A stretch of 64,000 nucleotides of DNA from Bacteroidales bacterium 52_46 (GTDB lineage: Bacteria > Bacteroidota > Bacteroidia > Bacteroidales > Muribaculaceae). Made by a program: the position numbers and the translations under genes. Below the pieces are notes generated by a model. It was not told the origin of the DNA and did not search any database. It saw only the letters and a program-made list of their open reading frames with translations. Positions 29,396 through 39,589 of this stretch are shown one piece after another. Positions within the stretch are counted from its first letter, which is position 1. Each line of letters begins with the position of its first letter. Location of the stretch: positions 133,166-197,165 of the forward strand of contig MNQK01000031.1 in assembly GCA_001915385.1 (NCBI GenBank), given 5' to 3'.

Positions 29396-30694
29396 GTGTT
29401 ATTTCTGGCAGCATTCTTCATGCCCGTCAACAGCGGGACCTTGTTGACAGCGATACACTCCACTCTTGACCTCGCTAAATGGTATGCCCGTGAGCACATC
29501 GTACTCTGTCTTCTACCGGCGTTCTTCATAGCCGGTGTGATTGCGGTGTTCGTAAGCCAGGGTGCGGTGCTGAAATATTTCGGAGCCAACGCCAAGAAAT
29601 GGGTATCCTATTCGGTAGCCTCCATATCGGGGGGTATCCTTGCCGTATGTTCCTGTACCATCCTCCCGCTGTTCACAAGTATCTACAAGCGCGGTGCGGG
29701 GCTCGGTCCGGCAATAGCTTTCCTTTATTCCGGTCCTGCCATCAGCATACTCTCGATAATACTGACGGCACGCATTCTCGGCTTTGAGATGGGCATTGCC
29801 CGCATTGTCGGGGCTGTGACATTCGCAATAGCCATCGGTCTTGTGATGTCGTTTATCTTCCGCAAAGAGGAGCGCGACAAGAAAATCGAACAAATGAATA
29901 TAGTACCCCCTCCCGAGAAACGCCCGCTTTGGCAGACGGCAGTTTTCTTCTTTACTCTCGTGGCAATCCTCGTGTTTGCCAACTGGGGCGCACCTGCAGC
30001 AATCGACCGTGGAATATGGGCAGCCATATACAATGCCAAATGGTGGATAACATCAGCACTTGCTATCGGACTATGCGTAATTATGGTAAAGATTCTGCAT
30101 CTGAAAACCAGGTGGATTACCCTCGGGGCTATTGCGGTAGCGGTATCTGCTGTTCTCGCAAATGTCTTTATTCCCGATGCAAAACTGGCTCCGCTCGTTC
30201 CGATGATTGTATCAGTAGCCGTGCTTGGCATCGTACTGCTATCAGACAAGACCGATGACGAAAACCGCGAGTGGGCGTTGTCATCGTGGGGATTCGCCAA
30301 GCTGATACTTCCGCTGCTTGCCGTCGGAGTCCTGACTGCCGGTTTCCTGCTCGGATCGACACACGACGGCATGGAGCTTCCCGGCATCATCCCGAACAGT
30401 TGGATTGAATGGGCTGTCGGAGGCAATTCGCTACTCTCGAATTTCTTCGCAAGTTTCACGGGTGCGTTCATGTATTTCGCCACCCTTACCGAGGTGCCGA
30501 TTATTCAAGGATTGCTCGCATCGGGTATGGGTAAAGGACCGGCGCTCGCCCTACTGCTCGCCGGTCCATCACTTTCACTCCCCAATATGCTCGTAATCCG
30601 CAGCGTGATGGGAACGAAGAAAACAGTAATATATGTGGCTCTTGTAATCGTCATGGCGACCGTCTCAGGCTGGGTCTATGGCTATTTCTTCTAA
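29396..30694 (+). CDS. ArsP-like permease (PF03773/DUF318 family)
   Basis: Polytopic membrane protein with the AVCSCTILPLF motif, a Cys-Ser-Cys motif typical of ArsP-type permeases. GTG start. Confidence 0.7.
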   Translation: MLFLAAFFMPVNSGTLLTAIHSTLDLAKWYAREHIVLCLLPAFFIAGVIAVFVSQGAVLKYFGANAKKWVSYSVASISGGILAVCSCTILPLFTSIYKRGAGLGPAIAFLYSGPAISILSIILTARILGFEMGIARIVGAVTFAIAIGLVMSFIFRKEERDKKIEQMNIVPPPEKRPLWQTAVFFFTLVAILVFANWGAPAAIDRGIWAAIYNAKWWITSALAIGLCVIMVKILHLKTRWITLGAIAVAVSAVLANVFIPDAKLAPLVPMIVSVAVLGIVLLSDKTDDENREWALSSWGFAKLILPLLAVGVLTAGFLLGSTHDGMELPGIIPNSWIEWAVGGNSLLSNFFASFTGAFMYFATLTEVPIIQGLLASGMGKGPALALLLAGPSLSLPNMLVIRSVMGTKKTVIYVALVIVMATVSGWVYGYFF

Positions 30695-31253
30695 TAATTT
30701 TTAATATATCTCTAATTTCCTTAGAAATTCGACTATATAAGAGAGTGTTTGAAATTAAACCGTATTAACAATAAACCGTATTAACAATAAAGAGAATGCA
30801 AGGAAAAACTTCAAATCAATCCTGAGGTTTTTTTTGGTTAATTCCGCCAAGTTTCATCAGTCGCATAGCTCGCTATGCTCCTTCTTCAACTCGCGGAATT
30901 ACCTCAAAAAATCCTCTCAGTCTTAATTATGGTTGCCTTTAACAATCATAGGGTTTGTTTATTCGTTATAATGTTATAACTTTGTATTTTAAATCAGAAT
31001 ATGATATGGCAATGACGATTAACTCCTCACCTGTTCTCACCGGTGAATCTGCAAGAGCTTTTGTTGAGGAAGCAGAGCGTAACGGCAAACTACCTACTCC
31101 GCGTCTGTCGCCGGAACGCGAAACGCAAATTGCTGAATTTTTAAAAAAATCGCGCGAGTTCATTTTCCCTCATAGACCATGACATTTTATAAATGATATA
31201 ATACCCCGACTGCGAGGTAACACTTTATATCACGTGATTGCTCCATATATGTA

Positions 31254-32909
31254 ATGAGAAAAGCAGTGTATCTTTTGTTTGTCATTGTGGCTTTGGCTTC
31301 CTGCTCGAAGCCGGAGGCGCGGCATGATAGGGAGATAGGTCAGGCCGAGCAGCTGATGGAGTGCAATCCGGACAGCGCTCTGACTATCCTGGAGGCGATT
31401 GATCCCTCCGACCTCAAAGTGGATTCCTTAAAGGCAAAATTCCATTACCTCAAGGCTTACGGACACATGAGCGCCAATCGATCCATGGTCGGGGACTCGT
31501 TGATTTCCTTCGCCCACAACTATTATCGAGGAAAGGATGTAGTGAAGGACATACGGAGCGCCTCCGCACTTGCATTCTACAAGTTTTGGATTGGCGACAC
31601 TCCGGGGTCCATTGTGATGCTTGATTCTCTCTCAAGTCTTTCCGACGTTCCCGATTCATTAATGGTAGTGGTATTGAGGATTCGCGTCTTGCTCGGTGCA
31701 TCCGAGTATCAAGGCCGTCAGATTATTCCGTTGGCGAAAAGACTTTATAAGTTGGAGACGGATACGCAGAGAAAAGAGGAGGCAAAATACATGCTTCTGG
31801 CAGGTTATGAATACGCCGAGGAGACAGACTCCGCTCTATATCTCGTGAAACAGCTTATCGACTATGCCCGCGACCACAAATGGGGAGACAAGCAGTTCCA
31901 GTTTGCAATCGAACGGGCACAGCTTCTCACCGAAGCCGGGCGCGAAGATGAAAGCGACAGACTTATCGGCGAGATATTCAGCAATGCCGGCTCCGATAAC
32001 GGCGCGGCTGATTTGCTGTATTTACAATACGCAATAAATGCTCTTAACAGAGGAGATGTTGGCCCGGCGGCACAATATCTGGCAACGGCCGACAGCCTTG
32101 CCTTCAGAATGAGAGGCAATGACGACGCTTATTTCCGCAGCTACAGCAACATGCTCCATGCCATAATTGATTTCAAGCAGACCGGACGCATAAAGCTGAT
32201 ACAGATAGCCGGGCTCAACAACCGTATGAACGAGCGCTTCAACCGCCTGAAGGCATCCCAGTGGGAGTCGGAACGCGACGCGCTGCATCAGCGGAACCGC
32301 GCATTGGCTTTAAAAGCCGAAAGCCGGCAGAAGACCGTGATTATCCTTGTGTTATGCCTTGCAGCCTTTCTGATACTCGGCGGCAGCGCATGGATAATCA
32401 GAACGCGCCGTCAGCGTGAACGCGACAAGGAGGAACGCATCGAGGCGCTGCAGAAAATGGTGGACGAATATAAGTCGGCTCCTGCGCAGGAAACGAAGAA
32501 AGCCGGTTTGTCTGCACTACGCGGGATAATGCTCAAACAGCTCGGAATCATCAAGATGGTAGCCGAGACCCCGACCGAACAGAATCGTGAGATGCTGCGT
32601 AAAATTTCGTCAATCGACGGCGAGACCAACGGCGAGCTTGTGGACTGGGGAAAGGTGTTCGAGTTAATTGACAATCTCTATTCCGGATTTTACAGCAGAC
32701 TCCGCCGGCAATATGGCGATCTTCTCAGCCAAAAGGAGGAACAGATAATCGTGCTTATGGTGGCCGGATTTTCCACAAAAGAGATAAGTGTGATAACCGG
32801 GCAGACTACGTCGACAATCTATGTCCGTAAATCATCGATAAGGAAAAAGCTCGGAGTGCCCGAGAAGGACGACATCGTGGCGTTCCTCCGACACCGAAGC
32901 ATAGATTAA
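31254..32909 (+). CDS. Membrane-anchored LuxR-family regulator with periplasmic TPR-like sensor
   Basis: Lipoprotein-type signal peptide (LASCSKP). Helical repeats and a single transmembrane helix (VIILVLCLAAFLILGG). The C-terminal GerE/LuxR HTH has the motif EQIIVLMVAGFSTKEISVITGQTTSTIYVRKSSIRKKLG. Confidence 0.7.
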   Translation: MRKAVYLLFVIVALASCSKPEARHDREIGQAEQLMECNPDSALTILEAIDPSDLKVDSLKAKFHYLKAYGHMSANRSMVGDSLISFAHNYYRGKDVVKDIRSASALAFYKFWIGDTPGSIVMLDSLSSLSDVPDSLMVVVLRIRVLLGASEYQGRQIIPLAKRLYKLETDTQRKEEAKYMLLAGYEYAEETDSALYLVKQLIDYARDHKWGDKQFQFAIERAQLLTEAGREDESDRLIGEIFSNAGSDNGAADLLYLQYAINALNRGDVGPAAQYLATADSLAFRMRGNDDAYFRSYSNMLHAIIDFKQTGRIKLIQIAGLNNRMNERFNRLKASQWESERDALHQRNRALALKAESRQKTVIILVLCLAAFLILGGSAWIIRTRRQRERDKEERIEALQKMVDEYKSAPAQETKKAGLSALRGIMLKQLGIIKMVAETPTEQNREMLRKISSIDGETNGELVDWGKVFELIDNLYSGFYSRLRRQYGDLLSQKEEQIIVLMVAGFSTKEISVITGQTTSTIYVRKSSIRKKLGVPEKDDIVAFLRHRSID

Positions 32910-33067
32910 GAGCTTGTTAAGACCCATTGACGTACCGCTAAGACTTTTAAGAGATGTAGCCGCTGACTTTCAGTAGGTTGTATCTCGTGCATTAAGACTT
33001 TTATATTTGGAGTTAAAATCCTTTTGGACATAATTTTGCATCAGTCAAACATAAAAACTGATGTAAA

Positions 33068-35380
33068 ATGAAAGCAAGTATTCTTACACTCCTAATGGTA
33101 TTTTTGGTTGTGGCTGCGGGCTATGGCCGCGAAATTTCGGGCAAAGTGGTCGGAGAAAACGACGCTCCGCTCGACTATGTCAACGTCGTGCTGTACCGCG
33201 ACTCGACCTATATCACCGGCACTGTAACTGACGAGGCCGGTAGGTTCTCCTTATCCGCTGACACTATCGGCAATCTCTCCGCCAAAGTTTCTTTTGTCGG
33301 TTATGAATCTTCCGAGCTTCCTGTTCCCCCATCGGGCGAAATGGGAATAATCAACCTTAAGCCGGCTACCGTACAACTCGGCGAGGTGGAGGTCCGCGCC
33401 ACACGACCCTCTACGACCATGAGGGGCAATGCACTCGTCACCAATGTAGAGGGCAGTTCCCTCGCCATCGCCGGTACGGCCAACGACGTGCTGACGCGCG
33501 TGCCGATGGTTGTAGACAACGACGGTAAACCGGAGGTATTCGGCAGAGGCGAGCCGGCAATCTACATCAACGGGCGAAAGGTCAATGACCTTCAGGAACT
33601 CTCCCAACTCAATTCAAATGACATAAAGAATGTCTCCGTCATTACCAATCCGGGAGCCTCCTATGCTGCCAACGTGAAATCCGTAATCATTATCCGTACA
33701 AAACCGCCGAAAGGTGACGGATTCAGCGGCACGTTCCGAACCGACAACGGCTTCAATTACTATTTCCGCACCGGAAACTCAATCGACCTGAAATATCGTA
33801 CCGGAGGACTCGAAGTATACGCCAACTATGGCTGGTGGTACGGCAACAACCGCGACGACCGTTCTAACGATATGACCACTACCACTGCATCAGGAATATA
33901 CAACCAATCAATCCGAACAATAGGCAAACAGTCATACAACGACATGACAGGCAAAGCCGGCTTCTCTTTCATGTTTAATGAAAAGCACAGCATCGGGGCT
34001 TATTATCAGAACAGCTGGAACCGACACCATGCCACCGGGACAATTCCAAGCGAAATATGGCAGAACGGTGCATTGCTTGACCGCTATAATTCCGATGTAA
34101 ACAACAGATTCACGGCATTGCCGTGCCATAATATAAATCTTTATTACAACGGTACAGTCGGGAAGTTAAACATTGACTTTAACGCGGACTATCTGTGGAA
34201 TAAAAACCGTGAACTTTCATTGAGCGACGAACTCAGCGAGAAGGGAGACGACCGCAATGTCAGCACTACCTCGGTCAACCGCAACCGCATGTTTGCCGAG
34301 AAACTGGTTGTCAGTCATCCTCTCTGGCTTGGCGAGATAAGTTTTGGAGAAGAATACACGAATACTCGCACCACCAATCTCTTTACCGCAAACATACCCG
34401 AAGTTCAGGATGCCGACAATCGTGTGGACGAAAGCAATATCGCAGCTTTTGTGGAGTTCGGGCGGCAGTTCGGTCGTTTCAACGTCGGCGTCGGACTCCG
34501 CTACGAGCATGTGAAGTTCGATTACTACGAGATGGGAGAGCATCGCGACGGACAGAGCAAAACTTACAACAATCTGTTTCCTTCGCTCGACCTCGCCACG
34601 CAGATAGGAACGGTCCGCATGGTGCTGAGCTATTCCGGCAAGACCGTCCGTCCCGGCTACGAGCAGCTCAACGGTGCCGTCAGTTATATCAACCGACTTA
34701 CCTACGAGACCGGAAATCCGTATCTGAAACCGACAAAAATGCAAACCGTGGAATATATGGCGCAATGGCGCCAGTTCTTCGCCCAGATGTCATATACATA
34801 CTACAAAGATGGCGTGTACTTCATAACCGAGCCTTACGGTGAGGACGGAGAGGCAACCATTATCCGTACAGCCAACCTTGACCGGCGCCATTATTTTCAG
34901 GCTTTTGTTGGCGGCCAGTTCAAAGTCGGGATATGGTCGCCCCGTGTGAATGTAGGCATGATGAAGCAATGGCTCACTCTTCCGGTCGACGGCAAGCCGA
35001 TGAAGATGAACAGTCCGGGCTTTCTGTTCCAGTGGCAGAACGCTATCCACCTTTCTTCCGACATCTGGGTCAATGTCGACGCACAGCTGATGACACATAT
35101 ACGGGACAATAACCAGAAACTTGCCAACACCCCATGGTATGTCAACGCCAAGATTTATAAAGGGTTCTTCGACAATGCTTTCAGCTTAACTCTCGAAGCA
35201 AAAGACCTGTTCAACACATCACGGAATGAAGCCGTCCTGTATAACGATGCCGTACAGATTGCTCAGAAGAATTTCACGCCCGGCCGCTCGGTAATGCTCA
35301 CCCTCCAGTATCGATTCAACACCACCCGCGACCGCTATCGCGGCACAGGCGCCGGCAACAGCGAGAAATCCCGCTTCTAA
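33068..35380 (+). CDS. Outer-membrane beta-barrel protein, TonB-dependent-receptor-like with N-terminal carboxypeptidase-regulatory-like domain
   Basis: Signal peptide. The CarbopepD_reg-like segment is VVLYRDSTYITGTVTDEAGRFSL. A plug-like region and a long beta-strand-rich C-terminus follow. Confidence 0.75.
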   Translation: MKASILTLLMVFLVVAAGYGREISGKVVGENDAPLDYVNVVLYRDSTYITGTVTDEAGRFSLSADTIGNLSAKVSFVGYESSELPVPPSGEMGIINLKPATVQLGEVEVRATRPSTTMRGNALVTNVEGSSLAIAGTANDVLTRVPMVVDNDGKPEVFGRGEPAIYINGRKVNDLQELSQLNSNDIKNVSVITNPGASYAANVKSVIIIRTKPPKGDGFSGTFRTDNGFNYYFRTGNSIDLKYRTGGLEVYANYGWWYGNNRDDRSNDMTTTTASGIYNQSIRTIGKQSYNDMTGKAGFSFMFNEKHSIGAYYQNSWNRHHATGTIPSEIWQNGALLDRYNSDVNNRFTALPCHNINLYYNGTVGKLNIDFNADYLWNKNRELSLSDELSEKGDDRNVSTTSVNRNRMFAEKLVVSHPLWLGEISFGEEYTNTRTTNLFTANIPEVQDADNRVDESNIAAFVEFGRQFGRFNVGVGLRYEHVKFDYYEMGEHRDGQSKTYNNLFPSLDLATQIGTVRMVLSYSGKTVRPGYEQLNGAVSYINRLTYETGNPYLKPTKMQTVEYMAQWRQFFAQMSYTYYKDGVYFITEPYGEDGEATIIRTANLDRRHYFQAFVGGQFKVGIWSPRVNVGMMKQWLTLPVDGKPMKMNSPGFLFQWQNAIHLSSDIWVNVDAQLMTHIRDNNQKLANTPWYVNAKIYKGFFDNAFSLTLEAKDLFNTSRNEAVLYNDAVQIAQKNFTPGRSVMLTLQYRFNTTRDRYRGTGAGNSEKSRF

Positions 35381-35546
35381 ACCCCATAATATGAAGATGT
35401 CGCAGAACCGTGCGTCCCTACAATTTGCTGCGACTTTTGACCGCTAATTATAGTTCTACAATAACCTCCGTGGGGAACGAATTAACCACGACCTCAAGCG
35501 ATTGGAGACCGCACCGGCGTGCAGCCCGATGCTATTTACTTAAGTT

Positions 35547-35581
35547 GAGTGGAGCGGGGGCGTCTCGCCCCCGCTCCACTC
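35547..35581. repeat. GC-rich palindromic element (family B), short perfect-palindrome form
   Basis: GAGTGGAGCGGGGGCGTCTCGCCCCCGCTCCACTC lies between convergent genes. Confidence 0.8.
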
Positions 35582-35608
35582 TGAAGTCGTTAATTAAAGG
35601 CTGCGAGG

Positions 35609-36454
35609 TCAGCAGGCTTTGAAGCTGAGGTCGAGGCCTTTTACGGAGTGAGTCAGGGCGCCTACGGAGATGTAGTCGACGCCGCATTCGCCGTATTGGC
35701 GGAGGGTGTCGAGGGTGATACCGCCTGAGGATTCGATTTCTACGCGACCTGCTATATGCGCTACGGCTTCGCGGGTGCGTTCGGGGGTGAAGTTGTCGAG
35801 CATGATACGGTCGATGCCTGCGGCGAGTGCCTGGTCGATTTCTTCGGTGTTGCGCACTTCGACTTCAATCTTGAGGTCGCGGCCTGTTTCCTTGCAGTAT
35901 TTTTTTGCTGCTGCTACTGCCTGCGGGATGCCGCCGGCGAAGTCAATGTGGTTGTCCTTGATGAGTATCATGTCGAAGAGGCCGATGCGGTGGTTTTCGC
36001 CTCCGCCGATTTTGACTGCCTCCTTTTCGAGGAGACGCATGCCGGGAGTGGTCTTGCGCGTATCGAGGACTTTGGTCTTGAGCCCGGCAAGGCGGTCCTG
36101 ATATTTGGCGGTCATTGTGGCGATACCGCTCATTCGCTGCATGATGTTGAGCATGGTGCGTTCGGTCTGGAGCAGTGAGCGTACGCGGCCTTCAACCACA
36201 AATGCGATGTCGCCGGGCTTTACGCGGGCACCGTCGTTGATGAAGACGGTCATTTTCAACTCGGGGTCGAAGTAGTTGAATACGCGGCGTGCCATCTCGA
36301 CGCCGGCAAGTATGCCTTCTTCCTTTACGATAAGCTGCTGACGTCCCATTTCGTCGGCGGGAATGGTTGAGAGTGTGGTATGGTCGCCATCGCCCACATC
36401 TTCGGCAAATGCCAGGGCGATAAGGTCATCGATAAGTTCGTCCTTCGTTTTCAT
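35609..36454 (-). CDS. nadC: Nicotinate-nucleotide pyrophosphorylase (quinolinate phosphoribosyltransferase)
   Basis: Full-length match to the NadC family. Motifs ...KDNHI... and ...GGITLDTL.... Confidence 0.9.
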   Translation of the reverse strand: MKTKDELIDDLIALAFAEDVGDGDHTTLSTIPADEMGRQQLIVKEEGILAGVEMARRVFNYFDPELKMTVFINDGARVKPGDIAFVVEGRVRSLLQTERTMLNIMQRMSGIATMTAKYQDRLAGLKTKVLDTRKTTPGMRLLEKEAVKIGGGENHRIGLFDMILIKDNHIDFAGGIPQAVAAAKKYCKETGRDLKIEVEVRNTEEIDQALAAGIDRIMLDNFTPERTREAVAHIAGRVEIESSGGITLDTLRQYGECGVDYISVGALTHSVKGLDLSFKAC

Positions 36455-36499
36455 GTCTTATAATAATTGATTAATTTTGCGCAAAATTACGGAATAAAA

Positions 36500-36976
36500 A
36501 TGAAAATATCGCTCTATATCATCGGAAAAACGACTGCGGCTTATCTGCGCGAGGGAATTGAAATATACTGCAAACGCCTGGGACATTATGTGCCGTTTGA
36601 AATAAAACAGTTTCCCGACGCGAAAGTGACCAAAGGCACGAGCGAGAGCGTGCAGAAGGTGAAAGAGGGGGAAATGTTTCTCGAACAGATACGCACGAGC
36701 GACTATGTAGTGCTTCTCGACGAGCGGGGCAAGGAGATGACATCGCGCGATTTCGCAGCATATATCGACAAGCGCATGGCATCGGCAGGAGCGGGCAATA
36801 TAATATTCGTAATCGGAGGGCCTTACGGATTTTCGGAGGCGATGTACGCACGTGCCGACAGCAAGGTATCGTTCTCGCAGATGACATTCTCACACGAGAT
36901 GATACGCCTGCTGTTTGTGGAGCAACTGTACCGTGCCATGACGATATTGCGCGGAGAACCGTACCATCATGACTGA
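36500..36976 (+). CDS. rlmH: 23S rRNA (pseudouridine1915-N3)-methyltransferase RlmH
   Basis: SPOUT fold. About 157 aa. Motif ...LLDERGKEMTS...GGPYGF.... Confidence 0.88.
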   Translation: MKISLYIIGKTTAAYLREGIEIYCKRLGHYVPFEIKQFPDAKVTKGTSESVQKVKEGEMFLEQIRTSDYVVLLDERGKEMTSRDFAAYIDKRMASAGAGNIIFVIGGPYGFSEAMYARADSKVSFSQMTFSHEMIRLLFVEQLYRAMTILRGEPYHHD

Positions 36977-37057
36977 TGGAATTTTGAATTTTGAAGGTGG
37001 AATTTTGAATGGGGCCTTCGACGCTGTAATTGATTTTGGAATTTTGAATGGGATTCG

Positions 37058-37639
37058 TTAGTTTTCAACTGTGCCTTTGTCGTCCCCGCTGTTGTCGGGG
37101 TTGAAGAGGCGGTCTTCGTCATCGAGTTTGAAGTAATGGGCAAGGAGGGCTATGAAGCGGGATATCTGGGCTATGGCGTTGGCTGTCTCGGGGGTTACTT
37201 CCTTTGATTGCAGACGCATCATCAGCATGCCGTAGAGGGCATTGAAGCACGTCTCGATTTCGCCGGCGGGATTTTCTCCGGCTTTCGCGCGAAGCTCGAC
37301 TATGAACGGTAGTGTGCGATAGAACTCGGCGGAGTATTCGGCGAAACGGGGGTCAGCGAGCAGCGCGCGGTGAAGCTGCACAAGCTGCACGATTACGTTT
37401 TTGTTGATCTGCAGGTGACCGGATTTGACGACGTCCTCGCGGCGCATCATGTCGATAAGCGATTCATACCATTCGGTCATCTCGCGGCGTTGAGCGTCGT
37501 CGAGGCTGAAACGGTCAATGACGTTTTCCTTTATTTTCTCTATGTCGAGGTTGTTGGCGCGGATTATATCCTCAATCTGCCACATATAGATGAGATACTC
37601 GGCAATATTTTCCTTTCGTTTCTGCGATGCTATTATCAT
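37058..37639 (-). CDS. Hypothetical cytoplasmic protein (DUF4924-like)
   Basis: Helical, about 193 aa. The start is taken at MIIASQKRK because the upstream in-frame extension runs into the repeat element. The family name is from memory and is uncertain. Confidence 0.55.
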   Translation of the reverse strand: MIIASQKRKENIAEYLIYMWQIEDIIRANNLDIEKIKENVIDRFSLDDAQRREMTEWYESLIDMMRREDVVKSGHLQINKNVIVQLVQLHRALLADPRFAEYSAEFYRTLPFIVELRAKAGENPAGEIETCFNALYGMLMMRLQSKEVTPETANAIAQISRFIALLAHYFKLDDEDRLFNPDNSGDDKGTVEN

Positions 37640-37737
37640 AATCTTCGTTTTTATCAATGCTCGGATACATATAATATAACAAATTTGGAAGAAATTTTCC
37701 TGCACAGGAATCCAAGATAGGAGATCTGTACCATGGA

Positions 37738-38052
37738 CACACAGACCGTGCAATGCAGTTCAAATAAGACGTAATTCGTCAACGTAGAGCCGAAGGCTCG
37801 GGGGTGTTACTATCCCCGTCCGACGCGTAGCGGAGGGCGGGGTAAAAGGGAATACGCTGTGCGAGCCCACAGAGAGGGCGAGTGTGATGCTCTCTGATTC
37901 ATTATTCTACACAGTCGCCCGTTCCACGGGCTCACTTTATGAATGGTCGCGGTTGCCCCGCCCTCCGCTACGCGTCGGACGGGGATAGTAACACCCCCGA
38001 GCCTTCGGCTCTCAGCTATTTGAACCGCATTGCACAGAGCGTGCGTCCCTAT
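37738..38052. repeat. Large palindromic intergenic element (family C), copy A
   Basis: Termini ...CACAGACCGTGCAATGCAGTTCAAATAAG... and ...CTATTTGAACCGCATTGCACAGAGCGTGCGTCCCTA. Internal perfectly inverted ~56-bp arms GAGCCGAAGGCTCGGGGGTGTTACTATCCCCGTCCGACGCGTAGCGGAGGGCGGGG. Confidence 0.8.
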
Positions 38053-38249
38053 ATTTTGGGATTCTGCACCTTTCCTATATCTGAAATGCGCAGGCACTCC
38101 GTGGTATACGCGATACAAAAATATGCATTTTAAACAGAAGTTCCAAAAGATTAAACGGAGTAACGGGTCGCGTTTCACGACCTGTTACCCCGTTCGGGAT
38201 TGAAATGATTAAAATAACTCTTTTAAGAGGTTGTCTAAGAAGTATTTAT

Positions 38250-39098
38250 TTACCAGGCGAAATCAAAAGTTTCCTCTTCACTGCCCCATTCGTCAGTTGA
38301 AACGGTTGTCAACTTTATAGGCAGATTCCCGGCATTTAATGTCCATGAGAATGTTTTGTTCCAACTATAGGTATCTTCTTCCGGATCAAATCTCACGTAA
38401 TTATTTGACACCGGAAGCTGCCTTGTTGCCTTACCGAGCAGACCGGCAAAATATGCATATTCCATTTCATCCATATCAATACCGAAAGTATCATCAAAAA
38501 GCATTATACAGCCCTTGTTTTCAATCGCTGAAGAACCATAACCGATTTTATAGTCACCGCCGCAGTTATCTTCTTCAGAGCGAACTTTTACAGCTGTGAC
38601 ATTGCCATCAGTATAGGTTATGTCGGTCACCTCATTTCCGCCTTCGGTACGTTTCATTTTTGTAAGCCGACCGTCTGAATTGTATTCAAACCACCATTCT
38701 TCAATATCACCATCACTTTCAATCTGCCTGCAATATTTTGTAAAACCTGCATCGTTGAGCAACAGATTGAACACATACCTATCCTCGTCATCTTCCACCT
38801 GCATAACGACATCATAAGAATCAGCACGCCCGATGCCTGGATAGGCAAATGTGATTCTTATACCGTCTTCTGAATCATTCATCGATACAACACGTCCGTC
38901 GGCGCCCTTTATTATATTCAATGCGCCTACCTTCGATGGTAATCCGGCAGTGAAAACGTTTGATGGATTTACGACAACCCCGGGATTGTTTCCTCCACCC
39001 GGGACATTATTGTCATCGTCATCATCACTGCACGATACGAATCCTGCGCCGCACGCAACAGCAGCCAAAGCAATTCCTGTAAATTTCAAAAAATTCAT
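38250..39098 (-). CDS. Hypothetical lipoprotein (DUF4595-like)
   Basis: Lipobox FVSCSDDDDD. The start is taken at the internal MNFLKF. The domain name is tentative. Confidence 0.55.
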   Translation of the reverse strand: MNFLKFTGIALAAVACGAGFVSCSDDDDDNNVPGGGNNPGVVVNPSNVFTAGLPSKVGALNIIKGADGRVVSMNDSEDGIRITFAYPGIGRADSYDVVMQVEDDEDRYVFNLLLNDAGFTKYCRQIESDGDIEEWWFEYNSDGRLTKMKRTEGGNEVTDITYTDGNVTAVKVRSEEDNCGGDYKIGYGSSAIENKGCIMLFDDTFGIDMDEMEYAYFAGLLGKATRQLPVSNNYVRFDPEEDTYSWNKTFSWTLNAGNLPIKLTTVSTDEWGSEEETFDFAW

Positions 39099-39226
39099 TT
39101 CTGTAAATGTTTTTATGTCCTCCCGTCTCAAAAGGACGTATTATAAATATAGATTTTAATTGTGGGGGGGCGAGACTACGTCATATCCGATGATAAGACA
39201 CCCCGGTCTGATCATACACGGTTTAT

Positions 39227-39589
39227 TCAAATATCGGGCTCGGTTTTCGCGATGCCGGTCAGATTTGTCAGTAGCAGCAGGTATACCATCAGGATAAGGG
39301 CTGCGACGATGATGTAGGTTATGACCGAAAAATCGAAAAGCGCAAAAATGACATTGAATGAAATCCCGATAAAGAGAGTTGCCAAAGAGAGTACCCTAAT
39401 ATTGACTCCGACATTGGACGAGTTATATTTTATGCCGATGCCGAACAGAAGTGTCACTAACGTAAGCACTCCTCCGCCTGTTGCAACGCACCATTTACAG
39501 GAGTCTGCTCCGGGAATCTGCCACAGCGCAAGAGCAGCGAGCAGGGCGATAACTGTACAGATAATCGCTTTAGTCACATTGAGTTTCAT
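39227..39589 (-). CDS. Small integral membrane protein (121 aa)
   Basis: Three or four predicted transmembrane helices. The start is taken at MKLNVTK. It overlaps the upstream stop as ATGA. Confidence 0.55.
   Translation of the reverse strand: MKLNVTKAIICTVIALLAALALWQIPGADSCKWCVATGGGVLTLVTLLFGIGIKYNSSNVGVNIRVLSLATLFIGISFNVIFALFDFSVITYIIVAALILMVYLLLLTNLTGIAKTEPDI

Noticed and set aside
30765-30800. Tandem duplication AACCGTATTAACAATAA x2
   Set aside because: Only two units in a non-coding gap. Too short to interpret.
37939-38133. ORFs inside the palindromic repeats, here and at 46661-46915
   Set aside because: Both are artefacts of the inverted-repeat sequence. The same pseudo-peptide appears in two copies because the DNA repeat is duplicated.
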